A stretch of DNA of 64,000 bases from an uncultured candidate division Zixibacteria bacterium (GTDB lineage Bacteria; Zixibacteria; MSB-5A5; GN15; FEB-12): NCBI GenBank assembly GCA_963735035.1, contig CAVTJJ010000004.1, forward strand, positions 768,001-832,000. The letters run 5' to 3'. A model generated the notes under the pieces. The model had not been told where the DNA came from. It made no database searches and was given only the letters and a program-made list of their open reading frames with translations. This document shows positions 1-8,416 of this stretch, in pieces. Position 1 is the first letter of the stretch. Each line of letters starts with the position of its first letter. A program made the translations under genes and the position numbers.

Positions 1-581
1 CTGAACGCCTGAGAGACTCGGCTGACCTTCGTTCTCAATGGGACGCGGCCGATCGACAGATTCTTGAGGGCAGCCGCACCGCTACCCGCATTCTGAGATT
101 TCTCGCCAACCCGTTACCAAGCAAGACAGCATGTGATCTCAACAATCTGGTTCAGATGGCCCTCGACTCACGCCGCGCAGGCCGGTCTGATAGACTCCAA
201 GTCTCATTTCTGAGACAGGATGGTCTCCCGGCCGTCAAATTGGATCGCGATCAGATCCTCGAAGTCATCGATAACCTGTTGTCCAACGCCGAGGAAGCTA
301 TTGTTGAAGAGGGCCGAATTACGGTTCGCACCCAACTGGCAGACGATTTGCGAGACGGCGAGCGGCCCTCGGCCGTGCACATCACTGTCGAGGACACCGG
401 CTGCGGAATCGCAGAAGAAGATCTGCCGCGCATATTCGAACCCGGTTTCAGTCGATCTCCGGGTGGATCGGGCATCGGATTGCCACTGGTTCGAGAAATT
501 GTCGAAAACCACGGCGGCACTGTTGCCGCTGAGAGCCAGACAGATCATGGCAGCCGGTTCATTGTAACTCTACCCCTGTAG
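1..581 (+). CDS. Sensor histidine kinase, C-terminal HATPase domain (5' end outside window)
   Basis: Frame open from base 3. N-box (NLLSNAEEA), G1 (VEDTGCGI), F (IFEPGF) and G2 (GSGIGL) boxes present. Abuts a response regulator. Confidence 0.9.
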   Translation, partial: ERLRDSADLRSQWDAADRQILEGSRTATRILRFLANPLPSKTACDLNNLVQMALDSRRAGRSDRLQVSFLRQDGLPAVKLDRDQILEVIDNLLSNAEEAIVEEGRITVRTQLADDLRDGERPSAVHITVEDTGCGIAEEDLPRIFEPGFSRSPGGSGIGLPLVREIVENHGGTVAAESQTDHGSRFIVTLPL

Positions 582-1991
582 GTGGTCGCAGTTATGCCGG
601 AAACAACACAACCATCGGTCGGCCCGCTCATTCTTGTGGCAGATGACGAAGCGTCATTTCGGGACGCTTTCCGTCAGATGCTCGCTTCAAGGAATTACCG
701 AACCCAGGGCGTTGGCACCCCCGAAGAAGTCCTCTCGGCGGTTAGAACCGGTCTTTTCAATGTCGTCACTCTCGACCTCGAATGGTTGGCGGCTGGACAA
801 AGCGGAGTCGACATCCTCAAGAAGATCCGGGAAATCGACCCCCTCCTTCCCGTGATCATGATAACCGGGCATGCGACTCTGAGCAGTGCTATCGAAGCCA
901 CCCGGCTGGGAGCTTTTGACTATCTCGAAAAGATCACCGAGCGGGAAAAAACTCTCCTCACCATTCGCAACGCGGTCGAAGCGGGACGGCTCCGTCACAA
1001 CGTGAAGACCATGCTCGACGGATTACGAAACGAATGGCAATTGGTAGGGGTCAGCAAGGCCATCCAGGAAGTGCGTGATACTATCAGTCGCGTAGCACCC
1101 AAAGTCACAGGCGTCCTGATTGAAGGCGAGAGCGGTACCGGTAAAGAATTGGCGGCTCGACTGATTCACCTGGAGAGCGCCCGAAGCGCCGGCCCGTTCA
1201 AAGTAATACACGGCTCCGAATTGGGCGAGTACTTGGGACAGGATATTCTATTCGGCCACGCCAAAGGAGCGTTTACCGGAGCCGCCGGCTCCCGCGCCGG
1301 TCTCATCGAATCGGCGGCGGGGGGGACACTGTTTCTCGATGATATCAACGACCTGCCCCCGGCGGTGCAACCGCAACTGCTTCGTCTACTCCAGACCGGT
1401 GACTATATGCCACTCGGTTCAGACGAACGTCAACAGGCCGATGTCCGCTTCGTCGCCGGGAGCAATAAGCGGATCGCCGACCTGGTACAACAGGGGAAAT
1501 TCCGCGAAGACCTCTTCTACCGACTCAATGTTGTTACCATAGTCATGCCACCACTGCGAGACCGTAAGGAAGACATCCCGATCCTGGCGCAACATATTCT
1601 GGATCGGCATTCGCATCGCCTGCTCGGACGCCAGGTGAAAGCCGAGCCAGGTTGGATCGATCCGCTTCTCAACCAGGGCTGGCCGGGGAATGTCCGCGAA
1701 CTCGAGAATCGCCTCATCGCCGTTATGTCTTATTTGAAACCTGACGAATCAATTGATCGGGCCAAAGTCCAGGCCGCCCTTACAACTCAGGCGAGACCGA
1801 CCGCGAACTCGGCCGGGAGCCTCAAAGATATGGAGGCTTCGTTTCGGCGTGAGTGTCTGATTCGGGCTTTGGCTAGTGCTGAAGGTTGTGTGACGGTGGC
1901 GGCGGAAAAGCTGGGGATAGATCGCTCGCATCTATACCGATTGATTAACGAATTCAACCTCATGCAGTATGTCCGGCAACTGACGACTTAG
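582..1991 (+). CDS. NtrC-family sigma-54-dependent response regulator
   Basis: Receiver (LVADDE...TLD...ITGH), Walker A GESGTGKE, GAFTGA loop, FREDLFYRLNV, WPGNVREL, C-terminal Fis HTH (AAEKLGIDRSHLYR). Walker B reads LDD rather than LDE. Confidence 0.95.
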   Translation: MVAVMPETTQPSVGPLILVADDEASFRDAFRQMLASRNYRTQGVGTPEEVLSAVRTGLFNVVTLDLEWLAAGQSGVDILKKIREIDPLLPVIMITGHATLSSAIEATRLGAFDYLEKITEREKTLLTIRNAVEAGRLRHNVKTMLDGLRNEWQLVGVSKAIQEVRDTISRVAPKVTGVLIEGESGTGKELAARLIHLESARSAGPFKVIHGSELGEYLGQDILFGHAKGAFTGAAGSRAGLIESAAGGTLFLDDINDLPPAVQPQLLRLLQTGDYMPLGSDERQQADVRFVAGSNKRIADLVQQGKFREDLFYRLNVVTIVMPPLRDRKEDIPILAQHILDRHSHRLLGRQVKAEPGWIDPLLNQGWPGNVRELENRLIAVMSYLKPDESIDRAKVQAALTTQARPTANSAGSLKDMEASFRRECLIRALASAEGCVTVAAEKLGIDRSHLYRLINEFNLMQYVRQLTT

Positions 1992-2027
1992 TCAGTCTGC
2001 AACTCCGCAGTCACCTCACAGCGAAGC

Positions 2028-2081
2028 ATCTGTCTCATTCCTGCCACAAACACCCCGCATATCTGTCTCATTTCTGCCACA
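2028..2081. promoter_or_regulatory. Tandem enhancer-like sites (2 x 21-bp direct repeat, TGT-N12-ACA core)
   Basis: ATCTGTCTCATTCCTGCCACA at 2028-2048 and ATCTGTCTCATTTCTGCCACA at 2061-2081, 33-bp period, upstream of a sigma-54 promoter. Confidence 0.6.
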
Positions 2082-2152
2082 GGGCCTGTCACGTAGCGTC
2101 GTAACACCAGGGTAACTTGATGTCTGCTATGGAATTGCTAGTAGACGATTAC

Positions 2153-2169
2153 TTGGTATGACGATTGCA
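2153..2169 (+). promoter_or_regulatory. Sigma-54 (-24/-12) promoter
   Basis: TTGGTATGACGATTGCA: GG at 2155-56 and GC at 2167-68 with exact 10-nt spacing. Confidence 0.7.
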
Positions 2170-2348
2170 GTGCAGTGAATTTGACAGGGGATGCTCGATG
2201 TCGAGACTCTTGTTGTGTCTCGTTTCAGGCGCCGGTAGGACAGTTGAAGCTCTTGCCGGCGCTGATTTGTTTGGGGAAAATGACCCGGTCCAGAGGCTTC
2301 AGCCTACGCATTGGCATGTGCTATATATAGTTCCAGTATCACAAGTAA

Positions 2349-2393
2349 TTTTACCCGGAAGATATTGACAATCGTATTTCACCCGGGTATATT
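2349..2393 (+). promoter_or_regulatory. Sigma-70 promoter overlapped by two ACCCGG operator-like sites
   Basis: TTGACA (2365-70), 17 bp, TATATT (2388-93). TTTTACCCGGAAGA lies upstream and TTTCACCCGGGTATA within the spacer/-10. Confidence 0.65.
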
Positions 2394-2432
2394 AGTGTCC
2401 TGACGTCAGGTTTCGGTTTTCAAGATTGATTC

Positions 2433-3080
2433 TTGGATCCGACGACTGACCAAACGTGCGAGGAACTGATTTTGGAAAACAGCTCGACATATGCGGCCTT
2501 TGCCGGTGACCGACTCATCGCATCGGGTGATCTCAGGGATGTCTTATTGAAGGTGAAAACGTTCTTGGATGAAGATAACGAAAAACAAGTTTTGATCTTC
2601 GAGGATTCGAGTGGGAAGCAGATCGACTTCGATTTCCGGGGCACACCTGAAAAGGTTCTTGAGCGACTATTGTCCCATCCCCATCTTGTCAGTGGAGTCG
2701 CGCCCGCTAAGCCAAGAACTGGTCCGGGGCGACCGAAACTGGGAGTGGTTTGTCGTGAAGTATCATTGTTGCCTCGTCATTGGGAATGGCTCCAGCAACA
2801 GCCGAGCGGAGCGTCGGCGGCGCTTCGACGGCTGACCGAGGCGGCGATGAAGCGCACCGACAGCAATGGGTCGACTCGATTAGCGCAAGAAGCGGCGGGC
2901 AAATTCATGTGGGCGATGGCAGGTAACCTGCCCGGTTTTGAGGAAGCGTCGCGGGCCCTTTACGCGGGAGATCGCGAGCGACTCGATTCAACGATGCAAG
3001 GGTGGCCGAATGATATCCGCGAGCATGTCAGAAGGTTGTTAGTTCGGCCAGATCGCTCGGAATTTCGACAGGGGGAGTGA
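2433..3080 (+). CDS. DUF2239 family protein
   Basis: Motifs VLIFEDSSGKQIDFDFRG, GRPKLGVVCREVSLLPRHWEWL, GASAALRRL, MAGNLPGFEEASRALYA. Exact start uncertain. Confidence 0.85.
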   Translation: MDPTTDQTCEELILENSSTYAAFAGDRLIASGDLRDVLLKVKTFLDEDNEKQVLIFEDSSGKQIDFDFRGTPEKVLERLLSHPHLVSGVAPAKPRTGPGRPKLGVVCREVSLLPRHWEWLQQQPSGASAALRRLTEAAMKRTDSNGSTRLAQEAAGKFMWAMAGNLPGFEEASRALYAGDRERLDSTMQGWPNDIREHVRRLLVRPDRSEFRQGE

Positions 3081-3092
3081 TTTATGCAGTTA

Positions 3093-3109
3093 AGCTCCCG
3101 CGGCTGGAC
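3093..3109. repeat. att-like duplicate of tRNA-Asn 3' end
   Basis: Identical to 8091-8107. Confidence 0.85.
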
Positions 3110-3177
3110 GTTAACAGAACTTTTACGGCGCTCATCAATTACCTGAAGACAGCTGCATGATCCCACGCCTCTGGCTA

Positions 3178-3307
3178 CCACCGGAACCCCAGCCGTTTCG
3201 GGCGTCTCGATAGGCCGAGGCGAGTTTCTGGCCCAGACCGTAGACGTGGTTGCGAGCCTCTTTGCTGCCGAGCTTCTCGTAAACGATCTTGTCGCGGGAC
3301 CAGTAGT
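3178..3307 (-). pseudogene. Rhs repeat fragment (copy D)
   Basis: Near-identical to 6700-6829. Translates YWSRDKIVYEKLGSKEARNHVYGLGQKLASAYRDARNGWGSGG, then homology stops. Confidence 0.8.
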
Positions 3308-3401
3308 AGTAATTCCGGGTTAGCGTGCCATTGCCAGAGAATCGTACGCCCAGTCCACATCATCGATCTCACGCAACCCTGTGGGTCTTTCAGGTTGCAC
3401 A

Positions 3402-3900
3402 TCATTCAACACGTTGAGCACCTACAATCTGGAGGATCACGGAAAGATCTCGGGCTAATTCTGTCATCTTTCCAGCACCGAAATCCAGTTCGTAAATGAC
3501 CGTTTGAAAGTCATAATCCATGCCACGGTTTAGTTCTGGAAGATCGGTTTGCAGAGTTAGATTGAAGCAACAGAGCTTTCAACCACGGCAAGCAGACTAT
3601 CGATTTCGGGTATCTCCTGCCAATTCACTGGTAATGTATCGAGCGGAGGGAACGCTGCACTTGTGTCCCAGTCATTGCACCAGTAATAGCGTACTATATC
3701 ATGATACGGCTCCCTAAGATTCCGAGTACTTCCATTGCGCGTATCATAGCACGTCACTTTGATGCAACCACGCCCTGCGCCTTTCCATCCTGTGTCCGCA
3801 TCTTCCAGGTACTTGATTATGTAGGCATTATGTTCTTCCTGTGCCTGGCAACCGAACGCCAGACAAGTCATCAACAGACCAAGTGTTAACGAACAGGATC
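3402..3900 (-). pseudogene. Fragmented putative lipoprotein, candidate immunity protein
   Basis: ORF 3557-3874 with hydrophobic leader and lipobox-like LAFGC. Protein-like continuation in another frame to 3402. Directly downstream of Rhs copy C. Confidence 0.4.
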
Positions 3901-4012
3901 TAGTAAACTCGAAGACTCTTGAACCATCTTAACCGGATGAGCATGTTTGCACTTCCTATCTATAAAGGTGACACGCTTCAACGCAGCTGAGCCACCACAA
4001 CTTCTCCGCAAA

Positions 4013-4999
4013 TTAGAGGCCCATCAATCTCTTATAAGCCCCGTCTGGCCATATGCCATACTCGTTTGTGCGATACGATTGGCTAGGAACGCCGTCTCTA
4101 TTCCATCTCACAGCCAATTCCATAGGCGTGTTGGCTATCCCCCCGTAGTCTCTCGCTGGTCTTGGTCCGGAATACCCACCTGCATCAAGGTCCTGCATAA
4201 CGGCGTCTACACAGTTATTATCAAGTGAATAGGAGCCATCACTAGTAAAGTCTGCCACTGCATCGGCAACATCCAACATATTGCCAGTACCACCGAAGTA
4301 TCCAGTAACATCGTATGCACAAAAGGAATCATACGTCTGGAGGTCCTGACGGTATGTGTGCTCACCCGTATCGCCTTTCCACTTACTTTCGTATACACCC
4401 TCCGTGGTTCCGTCCTCCCAGACAAGACTTACCTCTATTGACATATGACCTGCTGTAGTCCCATCATCTACGCCATTGAGGTTGCATGCGTCCAGTCCCC
4501 ATACGAACACCTCTACTTTGATATCTGCTCCCAGAGCAATTGCACACTCCCACTTTTCACGGCGCTCCTGTCTATCCTGCTCTCTGTTCAGATCCTCATT
4601 TAAAGGATTCCAACCTGAGCCGTCCCCACAGTAGTTGGGTGAAAACGGATCATGATCGTCCAAATCTCCCATGGTGACATTCGGTGAATGAATCGATGAT
4701 ATGTCAAATAATGGTGGCGGTGGCGGTATGCACGCCATCCCGCTCGGGTCGTACAGCATGATCGGGTTGCCCTCGCCATACGAATACGCCGACGCACTCG
4801 CCAAAATCGGGTCAGGGGAGAAGAATCGGCCTAACACCGCATTGTAATACCTCGGCCCGAAATCCAGCATCCCGACCCCGGGGTCTTCCTTGCCCAGGAA
4901 CGTGTACACACTGCCACCGCCCGACATCGAATACACCTCGCCGTACGGATAGTACTCGATACGCGCCAGCACCGCCGTCTCGCTCATCCCGACCCGCAC
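4013..4999 (-). CDS. Orphan Rhs core plus C-terminal toxin (copy C), permuted papain-like H...NNC domain
   Basis: YYPYGE, YTFLGKEDP, DFGPRYYNAVLGRFFSPDP, NPIMLYDPSG cleavage motif. Tip contains GHMSIEV...YSLDNNCVDAV. Confidence 0.85.
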   Translation of the reverse strand: MRVGMSETAVLARIEYYPYGEVYSMSGGGSVYTFLGKEDPGVGMLDFGPRYYNAVLGRFFSPDPILASASAYSYGEGNPIMLYDPSGMACIPPPPPLFDISSIHSPNVTMGDLDDHDPFSPNYCGDGSGWNPLNEDLNREQDRQERREKWECAIALGADIKVEVFVWGLDACNLNGVDDGTTAGHMSIEVSLVWEDGTTEGVYESKWKGDTGEHTYRQDLQTYDSFCAYDVTGYFGGTGNMLDVADAVADFTSDGSYSLDNNCVDAVMQDLDAGGYSGPRPARDYGGIANTPMELAVRWNRDGVPSQSYRTNEYGIWPDGAYKRLMGL

Positions 5000-5015
5000 C
5001 GAGAGCGGGTACCTA

Positions 5016-5438
5016 TTACCTATGGTGCCTCCAGAACAAGAAACAGCCGTATACTAGAACGCTCAAGCCCGCCAGAGCATATGCGGTTTCAATAATCGGC
5101 CATTCGATTTGACTTCTCCTAACCAGCTCCTCAACCAGTGTGATGGCACTTATTAAGGAAATGGTCATAGTCAAAGCCAACAGTGACAGGTATAGTCTAG
5201 TCGGTTTGTTCTGACTACAATTTGAGGAAGATCGCGCCAATCGCTTGCTGCAGTATGTTACTACTAAACCTATTGTCGCAATCAGTATGACCAGCAAGAT
5301 TACAATTGTAGCAATCAATGGAGTAGAGGTTGATTCGCACCACGAAGTGATTCCGAAAGGCCAAATCAGCCCGATCAGCCAAATTGAGATCACGGTTAGC
5401 ACCAGGGTTGTGCTCCAGATATGCCTATAAGTGAGCAT
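5016..5438 (-). CDS. Four-TM membrane protein, candidate immunity protein for copy B
   Basis: Four hydrophobic segments, AGGA RBS, immediately downstream of toxin tip. Confidence 0.65.
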   Translation of the reverse strand: MLTYRHIWSTTLVLTVISIWLIGLIWPFGITSWCESTSTPLIATIVILLVILIATIGLVVTYCSKRLARSSSNCSQNKPTRLYLSLLALTMTISLISAITLVEELVRRSQIEWPIIETAYALAGLSVLVYGCFLFWRHHR

Positions 5439-5463
5439 TGCGAGTCCTTTTCATTTGGTAATA

Positions 5464-6854
5464 CTACTTCCCGGTCATAGGATTGTTCATCCAGTCATTG
5501 CCAATATGTGGGGCTTCAATGTAATAGAAGAAGATGAAATCTACAGCTGCAGGGTAGAGGTAGTCATCATAGAGTTGTGACGGCCGCAGCTGGTAAGTGC
5601 CGTATGTCACGAGCGCAGTACTCATAAATGGTGCCGTTACGCTACATTCTGCACCGGCAAGCGCCGTCAACGATCCCGCAGTCACTTGAGCAATACATGC
5701 AACAAGTCTAATTGTGCCCCAGCTCCTCCGGGCTCCATCCTGTCCGTTGCGAGCTTAGCGAGCCATTTGACTCCAGATGCAATTTGTCGAGGCCCCAGGC
5801 CAGCCTGAACTTCACTAGAACCACTACCATTCACGCCCTCTGGTGCACCATATTCCATTAGCATGGTTCCCCCACCGGGCCTCTTGATACCTGCGAAGGG
5901 ACCTAACGGACCCGAGCCGCCAGGTCCATTATTGGGCTGAGGAATTCCACCGTTGCCGTTTCTCTGTTGCTGTGTGGCCGCCTGCCTCGCTCGTTGCTCC
6001 GCCCCGTAGCTCAAGGCTTTTTGAGCCGTTGCCTCCGACTCCCGTCTCCTAAACTCGTAATCGGCTCGCATACAGGCAAGATCATCTCTCCTCTTAGCCG
6101 CCCGATAAGCATCCGAGCCGCTCGGAAGAGCCTCAAGCAAGGCTGACGGTGAATAGTCGCCAATCGCGACAATGGAGCCATCCACCATGTACGTGCCGGG
6201 CCCCAAGACTGCTTCATCAGCGTGGCCCGTAGCAGCCAACCTCGCAAGGTAATCCGGGCTGTCGTAAGTTGGTGGTGGCGGCGGCACGTAGTACATCCCC
6301 GTCGGGTCATACAACATCACTGGGTTACCAGCAGCATAGGAATACGGAGAATCACCAAACAAAATCGGGTCAGGGGAGAAGAATCGACCTAACACCGCAT
6401 TGTAATACCTCGGCCCGAAATCCAGCATCCCGACCCCGGGGTCTTCCTTGCCCAGGAACGTGTACACACTGCCGCCGCCCGACATCGAAAACACCTCGCC
6501 GTAAGGATAGTACTCGATCCGCGCCAGAACCGCCGTCTCGCTCATCCCGACCCGCACCGATCCATACTGATCATTAACATAATACGTCATTTGCGTATAG
6601 CAAGAGTCTTGTAGCGGCGGGTCTTCGGGGGGATCGGTCTCCGAGCCGGTGGTATCACCCGGGTCCTGGTCCATCATCATCATCATCATCATGCCACCGC
6701 CACCGGAACCCCAACCGTTTCGGGCGTCTCGATAGGCCGAGGCCAGTTTCTGGCCCAGACCGTAGATGTGGTTGCGGGCCTCATTGCTGCCGAGCTTCTC
6801 GTAGACAATCTTGTCGCCGGACCAATAGAAGCTCTGAGTTGTGAAAACGTCTTT
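5464..6854 (-). pseudogene. Orphan Rhs core plus hydrophobic toxin tip (copy B), frameshift near 5718
   Basis: Frame open from 6854 without a start (FYWSGDKIVYE...YYVNDQYGSVR...PYGE...NPVMLYDPTG). Tail continues in a second frame (GTIRLVACIAQVTAGSLTALAG...) to 5464. Confidence 0.75.
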
Positions 6855-7007
6855 TCAAATCCCCCGGACTTTGGCGTGACCAGCGCAATCGAGGCTCAAT
6901 CATCGTACATGTACCATTTTCCAGCAACCGATATATCACCACGCCCAAGCGCGAACAGGACGGGTCCGATATATAGGAGTGACCAGCTTGTTACAGCGCA
7001 AGGGCTT

Positions 7008-7256
7008 TCAGTCGTTCTGGGTTGACTTCATCTTGCGCCGCAAGGAATAGATCGAAAATATGATCGTAGCAACCGCAGTTATCCATCCGATCACATGAAA
7101 GACCTCCCATACTGACGCAAAGCCCGGAAGCCATTTATCTAATAATGTCACAGGATCCTCTATAAAGAACTCAAGCGCAATTACCGTGAGTGCCGTCAGC
7201 GCAATGGCGCCATACACCACCACAAAAAGAGAGCGAGCGAAGGATTTGAAAGACAT
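7008..7256 (-). CDS. Two-TM small membrane protein, candidate immunity protein for copy A
   Basis: AAGGAG RBS, two hydrophobic helices, directly after toxin tip. Confidence 0.65.
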   Translation of the reverse strand: MSFKSFARSLFVVVYGAIALTALTVIALEFFIEDPVTLLDKWLPGFASVWEVFHVIGWITAVATIIFSIYSLRRKMKSTQND

Positions 7257-7280
7257 ACCAGAGAGCTCCTTCTGAAAGTG

Positions 7281-8090
7281 TCACGGATAGGTTGGCAATA
7301 TGTCCTGAGGCCCATAAGGTGCAAAACCCGTACTCGTTCCGGAACGCATCATATAAATGCGATTTGCCTCAGTCAAGCTTTCCCAAGCTTTCGCATAATG
7401 ATAACCTGCTTGATATGCGAGACCATTGGCAGGACCAGCCCAATTAGTCACAGACACAATTGCGCCAACAGTAGTAACGCCACTAAAGATCGGCCCGACG
7501 ACAGCAATGGTAGCGGCAAGAGTGTAACAGTTTGCCACAAAACCGTGCGCCTCTGCGGAGGCAAGTAATAGCCCGGCCTTGAGATTAGAATCGGTCATAC
7601 CGGAAATCTTCTCGTTGCTAGGTCAGGTAGAAGCTCACTTACCTTATTGGCCCAATACGCAAAATCGAAGTCCCCACCGGCACTCGCCTGATCTTCAATC
7701 TTATTCAGAGTCTCCGCTACCTCCGGTATACCTGCCAAGAAGCACGCTGTTTCCCTCCTCTCGCGTCGATTCTGGTCAGCCTGCTCTCTGTTCAAGTCGT
7801 TGTTGTACGCGATCCCGCTTGAGCCGTCCCCAGAGTAGTTGGGTGAAAACGGATCAGAGTCGTCCAAATCTCCCATGGTGGCATTCGGTGAATGAATCGA
7901 CGATACGTCAAATAATGGCGGAGGCAGCGGTACGCTTTCCATCCCGCTCGGGTCGTACAGCATGATCGGGTTGCCTTCGCCATACGAATATGCCGACGCA
8001 CTTGCCAAAATCGGGTCAGGGGAGAAGAATCGACCTAACACCGCATTGTAATACCTCGGCCCGAAATCCAGCATCCCGACTCCGGGGTCT
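7281..8090 (-). pseudogene. Orphan Rhs core plus hydrophobic toxin tip (copy A), 5'-truncated at att, probable frameshift near 7620
   Basis: MLDFGPRYYNAVLGRFFSPDP...NPIMLYDPSG (7595-8074), continued by ORF 7281-7598. Rhs homology ends at 8090. Confidence 0.75.
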
Positions 8091-8092
8091 AG

Positions 8093-8165
8093 CTCCCGCG
8101 GCTGGACTTGAACCAGCGACCCGCTGATTAACAGTCAGCTGCTCTACCAACTGAGCTACACGGGA
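8093..8165 (-). tRNA. tRNA-Asn (GTT), CCA not encoded
   Basis: Reverse complement TCCCGTGTAGCTCAGTTGGTAGAGCAGCTGACTGTTAATCAGCGGGTCGCTGGTTCAAGTCCAGCCGCGGGAG folds as a cloverleaf with anticodon GTT. TTGACA-N16-TATTAT upstream. Confidence 0.97.
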
Positions 8166-8339
8166 GTATCAAAACAGTCTCCCATTAGATTCAGGGAGAC
8201 GCCTATAATAGACCTTTTCGACATTTTGTCAATGACTTTTCACCCCCACCAAAGACTTTTCCTCCCCCACAAACGTCCCCCAACCCCTTGCCCGCCCAAT
8301 CATTGACCGGCTTCCACGAGCCTTAGTAGCCCAAACTAT

Positions 8340-8364
8340 GGAACCCCGGCGCGTTCTTTTCGTA
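8340..8364 (+). promoter_or_regulatory. ECF-sigma-like promoter
   Basis: GGAAC-N16-CGTA about 50 bp upstream of the PDZ gene. Confidence 0.45.
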
Positions 8365-8416
8365 TCTCTACTCAGTATGGCACGCGACCTCGGGTTAACC
8401 CCAAGTGAGGTGGAAG

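Larger units (their letters stand above)
3093..8107. mobile_element. tRNA-Asn-anchored genomic island carrying an Rhs toxin/immunity cassette array, no integrase
   Basis: Exact 17-bp direct repeat AGCTCCCGCGGCTGGAC at 3093-3109 and 8091-8107, the latter overlapping the tRNA 3' end. Interior holds repeated Rhs cores and more AT-rich variable DNA. Confidence 0.8.

Noticed and set aside
4600..8090. Diversity-generating retroelement (TR/VR) among Rhs repeats
   Set aside because: Differences between copies involve all bases and many are synonymous, not adenine-restricted; no reverse transcriptase in the window.
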